64,000 nucleotides of DNA from Schizochytrium sp. TIO01 (GCA_004764695.1 SMSO01000036.1:1736001-1800000); one strand, 5' to 3'. Positions 33,004-45,928 are shown, numbered from the stretch's first letter. Notes: generated by a model not told the origin, from the sequence alone. Program-made: numbers and translations.

Positions 33004-33240
33004 TTGATCTCTTTTCCCCTTTCCCTCTTCTTCTTTTTCTTTTCTTTTCTTTCTTTTCTTTTCTTTTTCGTTCTTTTCCCTTCGTTCTTTCCTTTTAGTT
33101 GGTACTTCCCGTTCTCATAGTGTTGCTAACAGAACCAGCACGTGCACAGCTTTTTTTCTCATTCTTTGGCATTTCTGTGGAGGGGTCCTTTCTTTCTTTT
33201 CCTTCCTTTTCCCCCTTTTTTCATTTGTCTCCTCCTTTCT
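33004..33240. repeat. Polypyrimidine (T/C-rich) low-complexity tract
   Basis: Long ttttc/cttt runs, with a short interruption near 33100-33180. Confidence 0.75.
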
Positions 33241-34071
33241 AAAGTAGAAGATAGGCAGCTAAGAGGTCAATCAATCGATCGGCATTACAGGAGAAGAATA
33301 TAAAAAAGCAATCGAATCATCGCGTCTTCTTTGGCGAAACTCACATTCAGCCAGGTTTTAAGCTGGCTGGTACGGACAGATCGCGATCTTTTGTTTGACT
33401 GCTTGGGTGTCATTGGGCTGGGCGCCCGATCGGAAAGCTCTGGCTGGCGCGATCTTATTTGCTTGCTCACTCGCTCGATCTATAAGCTTAAAAGTAAGTT
33501 GTGGTGTGGTAATAATTCTCAGCACCATATACGAATTGTTGGCTCGTGCCCAAAGAAATTTGCGCAAAGCTGCCCCTGCGGAATCTGTGCAAACCCCAAA
33601 CAAGCCTGCCGCCAAGCAACGGAGCTGCAAGCAAGTAAGCAAGTAAGCAGCAGCAGAGACCGAGTTAGCGGACGCTACGTGACGACAGATTCCAAAGACC
33701 AAGGAAAGACAAGATTGATTATTCAAAGTTGTGTATCTGCAAAGTCAAACATTGCTAACGAGCGAGCGCAATACCTTAAAGATTAATTTTCTACCTGGAT
33801 CAGCGCAACACCCATTCTACTCCCTCAACGTGTTGAACTGCGCTGTAGCATACGGGCTCACTTGAAATTGCGAAGAAAGCATTCAGTGCCAGTATCAAGC
33901 GTCGGAACTAGTCGTGAAATATAAGAACCAAGCGTGCTAAATACAAAAGGGTTGAACTGTACAACTTTTTGGCAAGTTTACGACGCACGTGTTGGCATCA
34001 AACACGGTATCACAGTCTAAGTCACAACCTTCATAGACAATATTCACCAAGTCTTGAAGGGTTTTATCGTC

Positions 34072-36288
34072 ATGAAAAAGACGGCGGAGATGACCGTAGA
34101 ATCACTTGAGGGGAGTGAAAATCTTCGAATGTCTAGCAGAACTACAAACGCAAGATTCATGTCGTCTCTTCAGTATAAACTTACCAACCTCATGGTGGCG
34201 ATGTTGATTGTGCTCTCTGAAAGGACATCATGCGCTCTTGGTGCAAACACTACCTTTGGACCTCGATATCTAGTCAAATCAGAAGCCAGCGCTCTGAGTG
34301 GAGATCTTCACACTACCTTGCAAGAACTTCATGGAAACATAACTGCAACTCGCTCTACCTTTGCTAGTGAAAGCGACGACGGCCTGATAGACTTGCGTCC
34401 GTTGGGGTTTTCTTTTCCATTCTTTGGTAATTCACGCGTGCGCACAGCAGGCTTGGACCCAAACGGTCACGTTCGCTTTGATTCCTATGCCGAAGATTAT
34501 CCATGCAAGGAAAGCGAGATACTATATCCATATTTCGATCAGGATAGTTCGATCTCTTGCAGTGGTTTGTTGAATTTCTCAAATGTTCTTGGCCCTTTTA
34601 TTACAGATCTGTGGCCTGGAGAACCCACTGTCTCTAATCATACCGATAGTAGTGTTTACTTTTGGGCGGATAGTGATCAAGAAATGTTTTCTGTGCTATG
34701 GGAAAATTTTAAATTCTTCTATCCCTCTGGTCTTGGAAGCGACGAGGATTCTATAGTGGCTTTGAATTTGACATTTGGCATGACTCTTTCGAAGAGAGGA
34801 AACGTTCGGTTCTGGTACGATACGATTCCTGACATTAAAAGTCTCGATTTCAAAGCTCGAGGCATTTTTGCAGGGCTTCGTGCACCGTCTTCTATGGATA
34901 GTAATGCTGCAGATTACTTGACGTCAGGAGAGCTGGCTACTCAGTCTGAGTGGGGTGGGTTTCTAGCATCACCTCCCACAGCAGAAGCTGCAGGTTTTTT
35001 TGTTGACCCTGCAAATGTGACTGAAAACATGATTGTTGATATTTGCCTGGTACCTGATTGGAATCTTAAAACAATGGCCGAGGAGGCTATTTGTGTTGTT
35101 CCATCATTAGCCAACGCAAACACGTCTCTTGTCATGGAAGTGCCAGAAGACCTTCTCAGCTGTGTTGCTGTAGATGGTATCTCATTGTACTGCCGATATC
35201 CAGGGGAGGATGATCTTCTCAGTAGTATAAGTGAAACCAATCAAATAATTTGTCCTCTACCGAGCAGCGTGGATTATGGGGATATCGATGCTATTAATCT
35301 CACATTAGTTTTTATCGGCGCTGACAACGCAGACGAGCGAGTTGTCTCCTTCAATTTCTGCGACACTGTGGATGGACCTACGCTCGATTACCTTCTGAAT
35401 GACACGTGCTCCCTCGACTACCTTGGTGAACCTGCGATCCGGGATTGCTTAGGTGTTTGCAACGGAACTGCGACCTTAGATGCAGATGGAACTTGTTGCG
35501 ACGTTTCCGAAATTGGATGCAATGGACTTTGTGCTGTCTCCACGGATGATGAAACTTATGAGGCTGCTTTTTTGAGGATCTTTGTTGAGACGACAACAAA
35601 GGCTTCAAACCAACTTGTTTGCTGTGCTTCTGATTATATTGATTGTGATGGTGTTTGCCGAGGATGCACATGCAGCGACGATTGTGGATGCCCACTAAGT
35701 GCTGACCAGCGATCATACTGCCCTACTACATCAACACCCACGCTTCAACCAAGCTCATCCGGTACCATTGGGAAAACCTTTTCCACCCAGCTGATCGCTA
35801 TTGTGATTTCTTCAACGTTTGTTTTGGCCGTTCTTCTGCAGTGCATGAGAGTGCAGATCCTCAAGAGGATCGGGCTTGAAGAATGGCAACTTGTCGTTCG
35901 TGAGCGACCTCGCCCTCCCCCTCCTGAACCTGAAAATCTTACACCAGCTCAAATTGAAAAATATACATCAACAACCACATTCCACCACATAGCGTCGAAA
36001 GCATCTCCTCAAGAATCAATCAAGAAACCATCTTTCAAGTTTGGTGGCAACTTTATGAATCTTCATGGTGATGTTGATGACGATGGCATGTGTCCCATCT
36101 GTATATGCGATTTTGAGGATTACGATGAGCTTCGCAAACTTCCATGTGGCCACTTTTTTCACAAAGATTGTGTAGATGAGTGGTTCGAGCGATCAACTGT
36201 TTGTCCAATGTGTAAACGGGATGTTCGAGGGGATGATGCTCCAAAACAAAAGAAAAAGGACGAAGATGATGTTGAAGATTTCGTCTGA
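34072..36288 (+). CDS. Type I transmembrane RING-H2 E3 ubiquitin ligase with NIDO/PLXDC-like and Cys-rich ectodomain
   Basis: Signal-like segment LMVAMLIVLSERTSCALG. LGFSFPFFG...DPNGHVRF...GPFITDLWP resembles the NIDO/PLXDC region. DCxGVCxG Cys repeats. TM LIAIVISSTFVLAVLL. RING-H2 CPICICDF...LPCGHFFHKDCVDEWFERSTVCPMCK. The first ATG is at 34072 (34054 is TTG); the true start may be further downstream. Confidence 0.88.
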   Translation: MKKTAEMTVESLEGSENLRMSSRTTNARFMSSLQYKLTNLMVAMLIVLSERTSCALGANTTFGPRYLVKSEASALSGDLHTTLQELHGNITATRSTFASESDDGLIDLRPLGFSFPFFGNSRVRTAGLDPNGHVRFDSYAEDYPCKESEILYPYFDQDSSISCSGLLNFSNVLGPFITDLWPGEPTVSNHTDSSVYFWADSDQEMFSVLWENFKFFYPSGLGSDEDSIVALNLTFGMTLSKRGNVRFWYDTIPDIKSLDFKARGIFAGLRAPSSMDSNAADYLTSGELATQSEWGGFLASPPTAEAAGFFVDPANVTENMIVDICLVPDWNLKTMAEEAICVVPSLANANTSLVMEVPEDLLSCVAVDGISLYCRYPGEDDLLSSISETNQIICPLPSSVDYGDIDAINLTLVFIGADNADERVVSFNFCDTVDGPTLDYLLNDTCSLDYLGEPAIRDCLGVCNGTATLDADGTCCDVSEIGCNGLCAVSTDDETYEAAFLRIFVETTTKASNQLVCCASDYIDCDGVCRGCTCSDDCGCPLSADQRSYCPTTSTPTLQPSSSGTIGKTFSTQLIAIVISSTFVLAVLLQCMRVQILKRIGLEEWQLVVRERPRPPPPEPENLTPAQIEKYTSTTTFHHIASKASPQESIKKPSFKFGGNFMNLHGDVDDDGMCPICICDFEDYDELRKLPCGHFFHKDCVDEWFERSTVCPMCKRDVRGDDAPKQKKKDEDDVEDFV

Positions 36289-38025
36289 AACTTTACTTTC
36301 TTCATTTTCTGAACTAATTATGAACACTAGACTTATGAACACTAGACTTAATGTTACCTATTTTATTTCTTTTTCATGATTGGGTAAAGCTGCATCGTAA
36401 ATTCGATACTTTGCATCTATGAATTTTGCAAGTGTTCCATGATTAGTTGTCTTGAAACTCCATTGCCGACAAGGTGAAATGTCATCCTTTGCTTGCTCTA
36501 TTGTATATAAATAGGAAGAAGGTTACATTGTACAGGCCTTTAACTGAACCGAGCGGGAAATAACCAGCTCATTGAATTCTAGGATTGCTAAATGAACACA
36601 TCAAATTACTTTGTGGGTGGCCAGAGCTTAGAAAAGGATGTTTTGTAACAAAATTTCATGCGGGTATCATTTCTTAGTTTCTGTTACCTATGGGGTTATA
36701 CTTGACACGTTCCATTCCCCAGACTAGCACAGTATCATAATAATCTTATACAATATGACTTTCTTATGCAGGTAGTGCTGTAGAGACAACAGCCTGTATA
36801 TATGAACTCGTTAAAGTGCAAAGAACATATCTAAACTTGATTTGTTTGCCTGTCATATATAACACTGTGTTTATTCTTGATGTTGTCAGGCTTCCCCTCT
36901 CCAAGCAATTGTCTCTTTAGTATCAAGGTTATCCTATAATGTAAAACCAGCCATACTATTGGTTGCGTTGCTACGAACGTAATTAAATTACGTTATCGAT
37001 TGACAAATGGTGAAACCTGCTGGCGTTTTCTTGCTACAAAGCCACGCCGCCTAACATCCAGCACCGGTACGTTCTTATTACGAGAATTCCGGATTTTCTT
37101 CTCTACGGCGATTTCCCGCGAGAGCAAAAAAAGGGCCCACGAAACTTATTCATGCATCCTCACCAGGCCATAAACGTGCACTAATAGTGCAAACAAAGCA
37201 TGCTTGTGAATATTTTACATTCATAGTTTTCTTTTACTCGCTAGACGGAAAATGCGCCAGGTATACCTATGTGCTCTGGGTGTTATACATGTCTTAACAT
37301 TCCGAGTATGTGCACCTCTGCGCTGCTCCACGCCTTTCGACCCTCACAAGATTGGCCTCCTTGAAATGAGTGCAATCGTAACGCATCGATTTGAGTAAGA
37401 ATTTCCTCTTACGGGGATCAATAACGTATACTCTTACCTACTTGCTACAACCTCCGAGGTAGTTCCGCCAGGATGTGCACATAAAGCTTCTTTCTGTACT
37501 ACTTCGAATGAATGACACACAAAACTGGAATATCTTAGCAAGAGCCCTAGTCCATTGCAATTAGTTGGGGAATGCAAGCCTGCAGTGCGAGTTTGAGACT
37601 TTTTAGTGCACAGAAATTTATTTTTGCTTCGTTAGCGTTTTGATCTCCTAACTAGAAATCATCGATTGACGCTCTCAACGTGCTCCCCTTGAAATGGGGA
37701 TTCCAACATCTCCAACAACTATGAAAGCTTGCTTAAGCCTCCTTTGGAGTTCGTTCGATCTTGACTCCAGCAATGCTGTCCAGTCAGACTAAGATGAGTC
37801 AATCTAGGCTACCTCACCCAAGGCATGGCACAAGCTATGCTACAGCTGATACACTTGCTAGTGTGCCTCCTAAGAGTAACTATAGTAAGTTCAGCTAAAG
37901 GAAAAAACAGGTAGAAAACCCCTTTTCCTTGCCAAAGCAAATAGTAGATATGTGCAAAACTCTTATTGAAGAGCAAGTGCTCGAGCTCGGCGAGAGGCCC
38001 GTCCGGATTAACGAGGGCTACAGTA

Positions 38026-38999
38026 ATGACGAAGTTTGAGATGGCTGAGGGTACGTCTGCATCGTCCGAAGAGGTGCAGGAACAACAGAAATTAGAGCAG
38101 GCAAGAGAACGGGCTGGCCAGCCACTCGACATGGCAGAGGCGAAGAACTCAACACCTGCAACACAACAGGAGGACACAGGGGTCTCGCCGACTCCGGTTA
38201 CTGTGCTTGTGGACATGTAAGTGAAGGTGGAGAGACGCAAGATGTTGGGCCTGTAAATCCTAACTGACATGCTATTTGACTCCGAATAAATAACACAATC
38301 AATTTCGCTTGAGGATTCTGGGGGTTTATGAATCGATCAGGGATGGAGTTTTGTGTAACTTTGACCTTGCCGTTAAGGAGAAATTCCAAAGTCTTCATCC
38401 AGACCATCCAGAGCTTGATTTGAGTCTTCGTAAGTTTTGTTCTTTAATGACTATGGGCTGAAGGGAAACATGGGGACTCACGCTCGTGCAATGCAAAATG
38501 ATTCTTCACAACAGATCGGAAGTGGTTTTACATGTCTGAGAACTATCGTGCTCTCCTTGGGCACGATGCAGCTGCAGCAGCACGTGAGATTACGGAGCAA
38601 GAGAATTTTTTCCGCGATTTGCCACCTATTCCAGGCGCCGTTGAAGCGATGAAAGCGATTGATAATATTCCGGGAGTCAATGTCATCCTTTGTACTGCTC
38701 CATTGACCTACTATCGGTATGTATTGCACGAAAAGTTCTCTTGGGTTGAACGCCATCTAGGGAAAGCATGGTTGAAGAAAATTGTTATTTCTAAAGATAA
38801 AACTGTGGTGAGCGGTCGCATCCTCATTGATGACCGGCCGGAAGTTAAAGGTAGTATTCAAGAGCCTAGCTGGGAGCACGTTTTGTTCTCGCAACCATAC
38901 AATAATTATATCCAAGAAAAGAGACGCTTGCATTCATGGCGTGAGTGCGATTGGCGACCTTTGATTGAATCACTTCTTGAACAATCTCGAGAGAGTTGA
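38026..38999 (+). CDS. NT5C: 5'(3')-deoxyribonucleotidase (NT5C/NT5M family HAD phosphatase); 3 exons (38026..38216, 38341..38429, 38515..38999)
   Basis: GT-AG introns 38217..38340 and 38430..38514, both with GTAAGT donors, rebuild the HAD motif VLVDM|DGVLCNFD and LSLH|RKWFYMS in frame. Downstream motifs: FFRDLPPIPGAVEA, ILCTAP, EKFSWVERHLG, SKDKTVVSGRILIDD, LFSQPYN. Confidence 0.93.
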
Positions 39000-39732
39000 C
39001 ACAAACTTTACGAAGAGAATAAAAAACTCGAGCAATGTTTTGTATTTGTGTTTATAATGCCTTTGAAAAGATGAAGTGCCGCTGAGATACTCTTCATGCG
39101 GTTGTTCTACGACGGGAACAGTTTACGAGCAGCAAATTCTGCCTAGTCGCAACGATGGATAGTATCCAACCTCATTGTATTCAAAAACATGTTGTCCAAC
39201 AGATTTGTACACATGTTTCTTCATGGTTCTTTGCTTCTAGACTTCCTGTGCAGAGATCAGACTTGATTCGTTTACTTCATGTTGTTGCTGGAAACTCTTC
39301 TGAAGCTCTGTAGTCAAGTCAGAACTCGTTCTACTAGATCTACTTAGGTTAGCAATAAGAAAGACTAGTAAGAAGGTAAAAATCTTACGAGCGTGCTACC
39401 CGAAACAATAAGAGTGCTGCAGCTCCAGAAATGTACATTTCTCTTTTCTAAACTTTCTTGATCACAGCAGTTCCGGGTTGTGAGTCAGAGCATTGCGATA
39501 GCGTGAACGATTGTCCTCGCAAGCGGCCATTGCTTGTGCTTTAAACCGACTGGCATCGTTGGGCTTCGTATAGGCTATCTAAAACGATTGAAAGCAGCTG
39601 CACCCTTGCACATTGATTAGTGGTGAAGCCAAGTAGAAGTTTTTTTTCATCGCTTTTTGTCTACTACGTGCTGGCGCAAACGCGCTTGCTGGGCTACCTT
39701 CGCAACGTGAAAGAAGAAGACACCTATTGAAG

Positions 39733-39996
39733 ATGCGCATTCCTCGTCAGGGCTTCAATTGGGCGGTTATGATCGTAGGAGGGGTTGGTTTCATTCAGTA
39801 TGTGCTTAAGCCAGATTATACCCAGGAGGAAGGAAGTCTTGAAGAACATTTGAAAAGTCGCTACAAACACCAGGTCATGGAGGGCGCAGCAAAGAATAAG
39901 CACCTTCGTGAAGCTCTTCTCAAGTATAAGGATGATGAGAGCTTTGATCTTATTAGTCCTAAAGCTGGTGATTTGGACAAGAGGTCTACAAATTAG
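39733..39996 (+). CDS. Small single-pass membrane protein (87 aa), possibly a mitochondrial assembly-factor-like protein
   Basis: ATG 39733, MRIPRQGFNWAVMIVGGVGFIQYVLKP followed by a charged helical tail. Protein-like composition and a topology reminiscent of Cbp4/Cox16-type proteins; family not established. Confidence 0.55.
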   Translation: MRIPRQGFNWAVMIVGGVGFIQYVLKPDYTQEEGSLEEHLKSRYKHQVMEGAAKNKHLREALLKYKDDESFDLISPKAGDLDKRSTN

Positions 39997-42288
39997 TATT
40001 CCTGAATTGTGTCACAGCTCCTCAAATTGCTATCATTTCTCGTCTCAGAACTAGGTAGATATGTTTTGTGCGCTTGAAATCTTATTTATGCAACCTTTTG
40101 GAGTTCAATGTAAACTCTGCTCTACGCAACTTCATGTAAGCCATCTTCGGTCACGTTCAAACCAGTTAAAAAAAGAAAGCAATAAAGATGGCGTTTGACC
40201 TTTCAATGGAAACTCAACTTCTAGCACACAGCTTATTTGCAAGAAGAATTTTGAATTCACCCCCCTCCCCCCCCAAAAAAAAATAAAAATATCCCAAACT
40301 ATTAGAAGAATCATCAGATGTCTAGTTGCTTGCCTGAATAATAATTGGACAGGATGTGGATTTTTTTCTTGAGGAAAATATTGCAACTCCATTCACCACC
40401 CTAATGATCTTCGATTGACAGCCCCCGAGCCTGGCGCTAGGACTCTTTATTATACTTGAGTTTCTGTTTTGGAGTCACCAGCTGATTTGTTCGTGGCGGT
40501 GCTTGTCGACTCGAGATTCTGCAGGTGCTCAGCTTCCTCTGGGAAGAAGTAACTCGCCTATGCATTGCAACTGCTTGTATCGTTTCCCAGTGGGTGCCAG
40601 CGCGAGAAAACCGTTTATTCATCACCTTGGTGTTCTGAATTTGTCTATTTGTGGATGCAGAATGTACAGGACCTATGGAGCGTTTGCAGATGTATTAAGC
40701 CAAGCTGCAAGTCTTTTTCAGTTGTGGAGGTGCGAGAATAACGGCCCATGCTGGAGTTAACAAGGTATGCAACAATCTCATTAACTTGGATTTCAATCCC
40801 GTTACTTCATTGGTGAGCCACCTTTACTCAATATGCAAGCAGAGGATTCTCGAATACGTTCATTTAGCAAGCAGGCTTGGCACAAAATAAATAAGAATAA
40901 TTTGATATTATGCGAAGTACAATACCAAATAGTTATATTTAGGCATATTACAATTGAGACATGATTTAGAACATGTCTCATAACAAAGCAGCGACAATTG
41001 AAATCGAAGTCTAGAACAATGGTGGAATGTGTTCTGGGAGCACCAATTGATGGGTCATGTGGATAAGACATTGTCAGGTTTCTTATTACACGACTGTAAG
41101 CCGAAAACGCTAGAAATCGCATAGGGGAAGAACACGGCAATCGGATAAATTGTTGCTAAGTTAGGGGACACCCAAGACACAAAAGTGCATAACAAATTCG
41201 AGAAAACGTGCATGAAGAGTTCTTATTTGTCGACTGAGGAAATAAAAAGCCTCACCTCTTTGGTTCTCTGTAGGACAGAACAGATTTACCCTTCTACTCG
41301 TTTCGTTATTGATCATTCCACCTGAGGATGTATTTCCAAGCCTTACAGACCGCCAAATCTGAGAGTCTAAATTATAAGAGACTAAATTGACACTGCCTTC
41401 TTAAGCCTCTTCGGTTGAGCATTTTGAACGTTCTAAGTTCATGTTTTGTCTTGCCTAGCCTCTAGTTGATGGGGACGTAATCATCAACAAGTGTTTACTG
41501 AAAGACCAAAGTAATCTTTCTCTTTCAATAGCTTGGATGGTGTATAAATTCTCTCATTTTACTATAATTCTCGTATGATTTAGAAGGTAGCTCCGCAAAG
41601 ATCATCAATCAGATGAGTTGGGTCAAATAGCCTTTTTGCGAAGCGCCAGGTCTACTTTTGTAGCACTCAGTCCAGAGACTCAGTAACCAAGATGCTAGTG
41701 AAGAGGATAGAGCATCTACACTGGAGCACAAGGACAACTATACATGGTTAAACTGTTGCGCTAAGGATCTTGATATATGAATCAAATTGCAGCAATATAG
41801 GGTTTACATTTGTAGACGTTCCAGGTTGCAAAATATTTTCATAGCGTGATTTTCCCTCCGTGACTAGCCTCCCCAACATAAAAAGCTTAAACTTGTATGA
41901 AATACATTCAACCCCACAAAAAAAATTTCATTGTAGAATGATTTCAAAGACTACATGCTATTTGAGTCTTTTAATAACGTTTTCGTATGGTTTTAGAAAT
42001 TTGAATAAATACTTTTGGTGTTTCAGCAAATTTTAGACAATCAACTCAAAGCTTTTCGTTATTGTCTGAGCACCTATGTGGTCTGACGAACGAGTGAAGC
42101 TGCATTAGTGAGACGCAAACATCAGGTTTTCTTTAAAGACGCCTCACAATTTCTATATATGAGTTTTCTACCGAAGAAATATCTAGTGCCGATCATGCGC
42201 CCAGATGTGTTGTTTTCGGTTTTATTTTATTAAAAACAAGATCCAAAACGACTAGTATGTATTCATTGCAAGAACCTATCCAAGTATT

Positions 42289-44713
42289 GAATCTTCAGGT
42301 GTCAGGGGGGATAAACTTGAACCCCAGCTAGTAGTATCTACTGCATGATCGATTTTGCATCTTCAGCCTCTGGCACTCTAAGATTCGAGCTTCTTCCAAT
42401 GCCCCAAACGAAGGCAGTCGTGGCGGACAAAGCAGTGGAGACGGGCTCAATTCGAAGAGACTCTATCAAAAGCCTCCGCCTCTCTCTTTGCCTTTAAAGC
42501 GCCTAGCCTGCGAAACGAATCTCTTGCTTCGACCCGCATTCAAGGCCCGGAGGGTGGGCCATGCCCGAAGAAGCACTAGAGGTCTCGCATCGCCGTAGGA
42601 GTTGATCCGCAGCATTCATCATTTCGAGCGATCGATGCCTTGCGCCTCAGGAATCTTCTTTGTCGCGCAGCCTAAAGCAGCAGACGGGCTCTTTCCAAAT
42701 TCTTTCATGTTCTCTTCTTCTCTTCTTCATCGTGAGCCGTCACTTTCGTTGCTGTGCAGACTGTTTGTTCAACGCACAAAACTCCAGATTCAAAGTGGCC
42801 CTTAAGGGAATCTTCAGATGCTCCGCCGCTCTAAAGCTCTTTCCTACTGAATCCATCAAGTAAGCCAACAGAACCGAACAATTGAATCTCGACGCTGCTC
42901 CGAAAGCTCTGAAACTTGCCTGCTATCAAGGCTTGCTTATGTGGAAGGTTGGCGGGCAGCTTCGCTACCAACCTTTGTATGTGCTTGTGCTTTACTGGGT
43001 CACTCAGCGCTTCGTCTCTGAGCTATTCTGCCTCTGCCATTGAACTAACTATCTTGCAGGAACCTGAGGTGAAGCAGCAGTGTGAAGACAGGAACGGGTG
43101 GTCAATGGTGCCCGGGTAGACGGCCGCTAGATGCAGAGAAGATTCGACGCAGGGATGCAGTGATTCTGGTCACATTTGGACAGGCGATTCGAGCGCTGCT
43201 TCTTCGACTAATAAGCTGTGTACTGCTGAAGCAAAAGCCTGAATGCAGCTGCGAAGCTTGCTTGCACAGGTGCTCTGTCCTCCTCTTCGTCTTCATCCAG
43301 CCTGAGGCCATCCCTCGCTCTCCAACTTCAGCCAGCCAAGTGCAAGGTTCTTGTGTTTTGCTCTCTGCTAGAGCACGTACGCACGTGGTGTTTTGCTCCG
43401 TGGATGGCGTACGCTTGCCAGCGGCGGGCCCCACCCTTAAGCACGTCCACACACTCCGTTGTGGAAGGGAGGGCGCCGCAGCGCATGCCTCCGCGTGAAC
43501 TTGAGCTAAATTAATTCTAAGGCTCTCTGCGGCTCCTCGATCGACTCGAATTCGTGGCGTTCCTGCCATCGAGTGACCGTGGTCCAACTAACTTTTAGAG
43601 AGTTCAACTTCAGACAGACATCATCACATCATCATCATCATCATCTCTGCCGACTGCCCTTGATGCATTCAGACCGACATACATACACACATATTTACAT
43701 AAATAAATACATACATACTTCGATGCCTATTTGGTCACTGAGCTTACACGTTGATTTCGTCTTGAAGATTCTTCCCGGTCGGTGCCACTCTGCATCTCGG
43801 ACACCCGCAGATTCGGTGCCTCGATTTTGCTCTCAAGTTCTCTCGAAAATCTTGGTAGCCACCACCACCATCGCCTGAGGGTTGAGTGCACTCTCGTACG
43901 AGTGGACTCGAGTGACTGACTGACTGACTGGCTTGAAGAAAGCGAGCGCATTGTCCAGATTTGCGAATCTTGCGCATGCTGTTCTCTGGTTCTGCATGTC
44001 GTTCTGCTGCAGCTGCTGCAGCTGCTTGAGTGGACGAGATTCGTGCACCTCCAGACGCCACTTACCATGGCAGCCGTGAAGATGTGCATGTCGTGCACGT
44101 GGGTAGGCAGGTATAAGCTCAGCGTCTTTGCTTCGAACTCTCAGTTGTGTACAGAATGTTTCTCAAGTGCCGGAGCGTGCGGGCGTACGCAGAGTAGGAA
44201 GTCAATCGTAGTTTTTCTAACTTTCTGTAAGTCAAAACTTTTAATCTTCTTAGTAAAGAACAATCAAACATCATTTCAATCTGCGAACCCTTTACTTAAC
44301 TTTCATCTTTACAAAAGCATACTTTTGCATTTTAAAACAACACAGACGTTAATTTTTTTTTTTTTGGAAAGAGTCTGGATGTAATATGCTATTAACTATA
44401 GAGACAAAGAAAAACGTTTTTTTTTTTAATGTTTTAAAATAAAATAAATAAATTCATAAAGTAAAAATAAATTTAAAGTTTTGTTTAGAATTTTCAATTT
44501 CAAGTAAAGTATTTTATTCTTCTATGTTGGTTTTTCCGAATGAGAAAATGTTTTAAACAGGAAAATGTTAAGAGATGAGAAGCATCTCTTCTGAGTTCAA
44601 CGATTCATTGGCGGTGCCTTGGTCCCAAGTTGGATGTATCCTGGGAATGCCGACGCACAATATTTGCACCCCCCCCACCCCAGATGAATCTACAAATGCA
44701 TAGGTGCAGATTC
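42289..44713. promoter_or_regulatory. Cluster of AGATTC/GAATCT hexamers (candidate GARP/SHAQKYF-MYB binding sites)
   Basis: 14 exact copies counted by eye in ~2.4 kb, against roughly 1-2 expected by chance. Confidence 0.5.
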
Positions 44714-45926
44714 AGATGACTGATATTTTGACCAATGAGCTCCGGCTCGAAGGACTCGTGCGTTTTGCTAATAAACGATGAAAACACAACCACCATGGCC
44801 TGTCGAGCCCAGCTCGGCCTTGCACAAAGAAGCTTTTGCTGATTGCTGATTTTAATAAAATATAATTTACAAATATACAGACAAACGCTGTTCTCCTTTT
44901 TCACATTAAGACAAAAGAAGAAAAAAGCATAGCCTTAGAAGGTTTCTCTAAGCTATTCATTCATCAACCATGAGTAGTTGTTCTGGCTTGAGTTTATGCC
45001 CGAGTCGCTAGAAGATTTTAACTCATCGCCGCCGACCAGTGATAGCCACGGATTTTTATTTATTTATTTATTTATAATTAAAAAAGTAAATAATTATAAA
45101 CTGGAAATCGAACAAGATATAAAATATCCCATCAGGAAAAACAGCGAAAATCAACAACCCGAAACAGGAGCATTAATTCGAGGGTTATTTTATTGTGCGG
45201 CCGCATCTTTTCCGTGCGGTTCTTAAAGAACGTGCAGTCGTCGCAGTGCAGGAGCAGATGGGAACTGTACTCTTCGCCATTTCCACACCCTTTCTCAATA
45301 CGGAAAGCAAACGGCGCGCGGAAAACAGCGAGGTGGCTGTCCTCGACTAGAACCCGCTACTAACTGCTACACCGCACTTCTTACGCGCTGCACTACTTCT
45401 CACGTACGTGCCATCCATCTCAACGGGCGGTCCCTTGGCAAGAAATAAAGAAAAAAAGAAAGAATGAAAGAATGAATGAAATAAAGAAGAACGCAGCTCT
45501 CGACAGCCCATTCCGTGCGTCTTCGAGAGGCACGCTAGTCCATGAGTTGGATGCACAATCGATCGATAGATAGCTAGATAGGCCGCTCTGAACGTGCGAT
45601 CGGCCAATTAGTTACAGCTTGCAGCCCAGCCAACCGCACAATTTGGGCAACGGTTGGGCTTCTTCTTGGAGGCTTTTGCTGCTTGAATGAATTTGGTTAC
45701 AATTCGCTCATCCAGGCATGCCATCGATTCATTCATCCATTCTGCAACTCATTCATTCAATCAACTCATTCATTCTACCAACCCATTCATTCCTCAAGTA
45801 AGTGCAGAGCCACAGCACTGTTTGTTCCAAGCAAGAGCCACCAGCTTCTGAGAAGAAGCACGCAGGCCTGTAACAAGAGCTGAGCACGTCTCCGGAAACA
45901 TGGCCAGCTCGAGAACGAGAACGAGA

Positions 45927-45928
<2 letters not shown>

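Noticed and set aside
36318-36350. 15-nt tandem duplication in the RING gene 3' region
   Set aside because: Simple slippage duplication with no sign of function.
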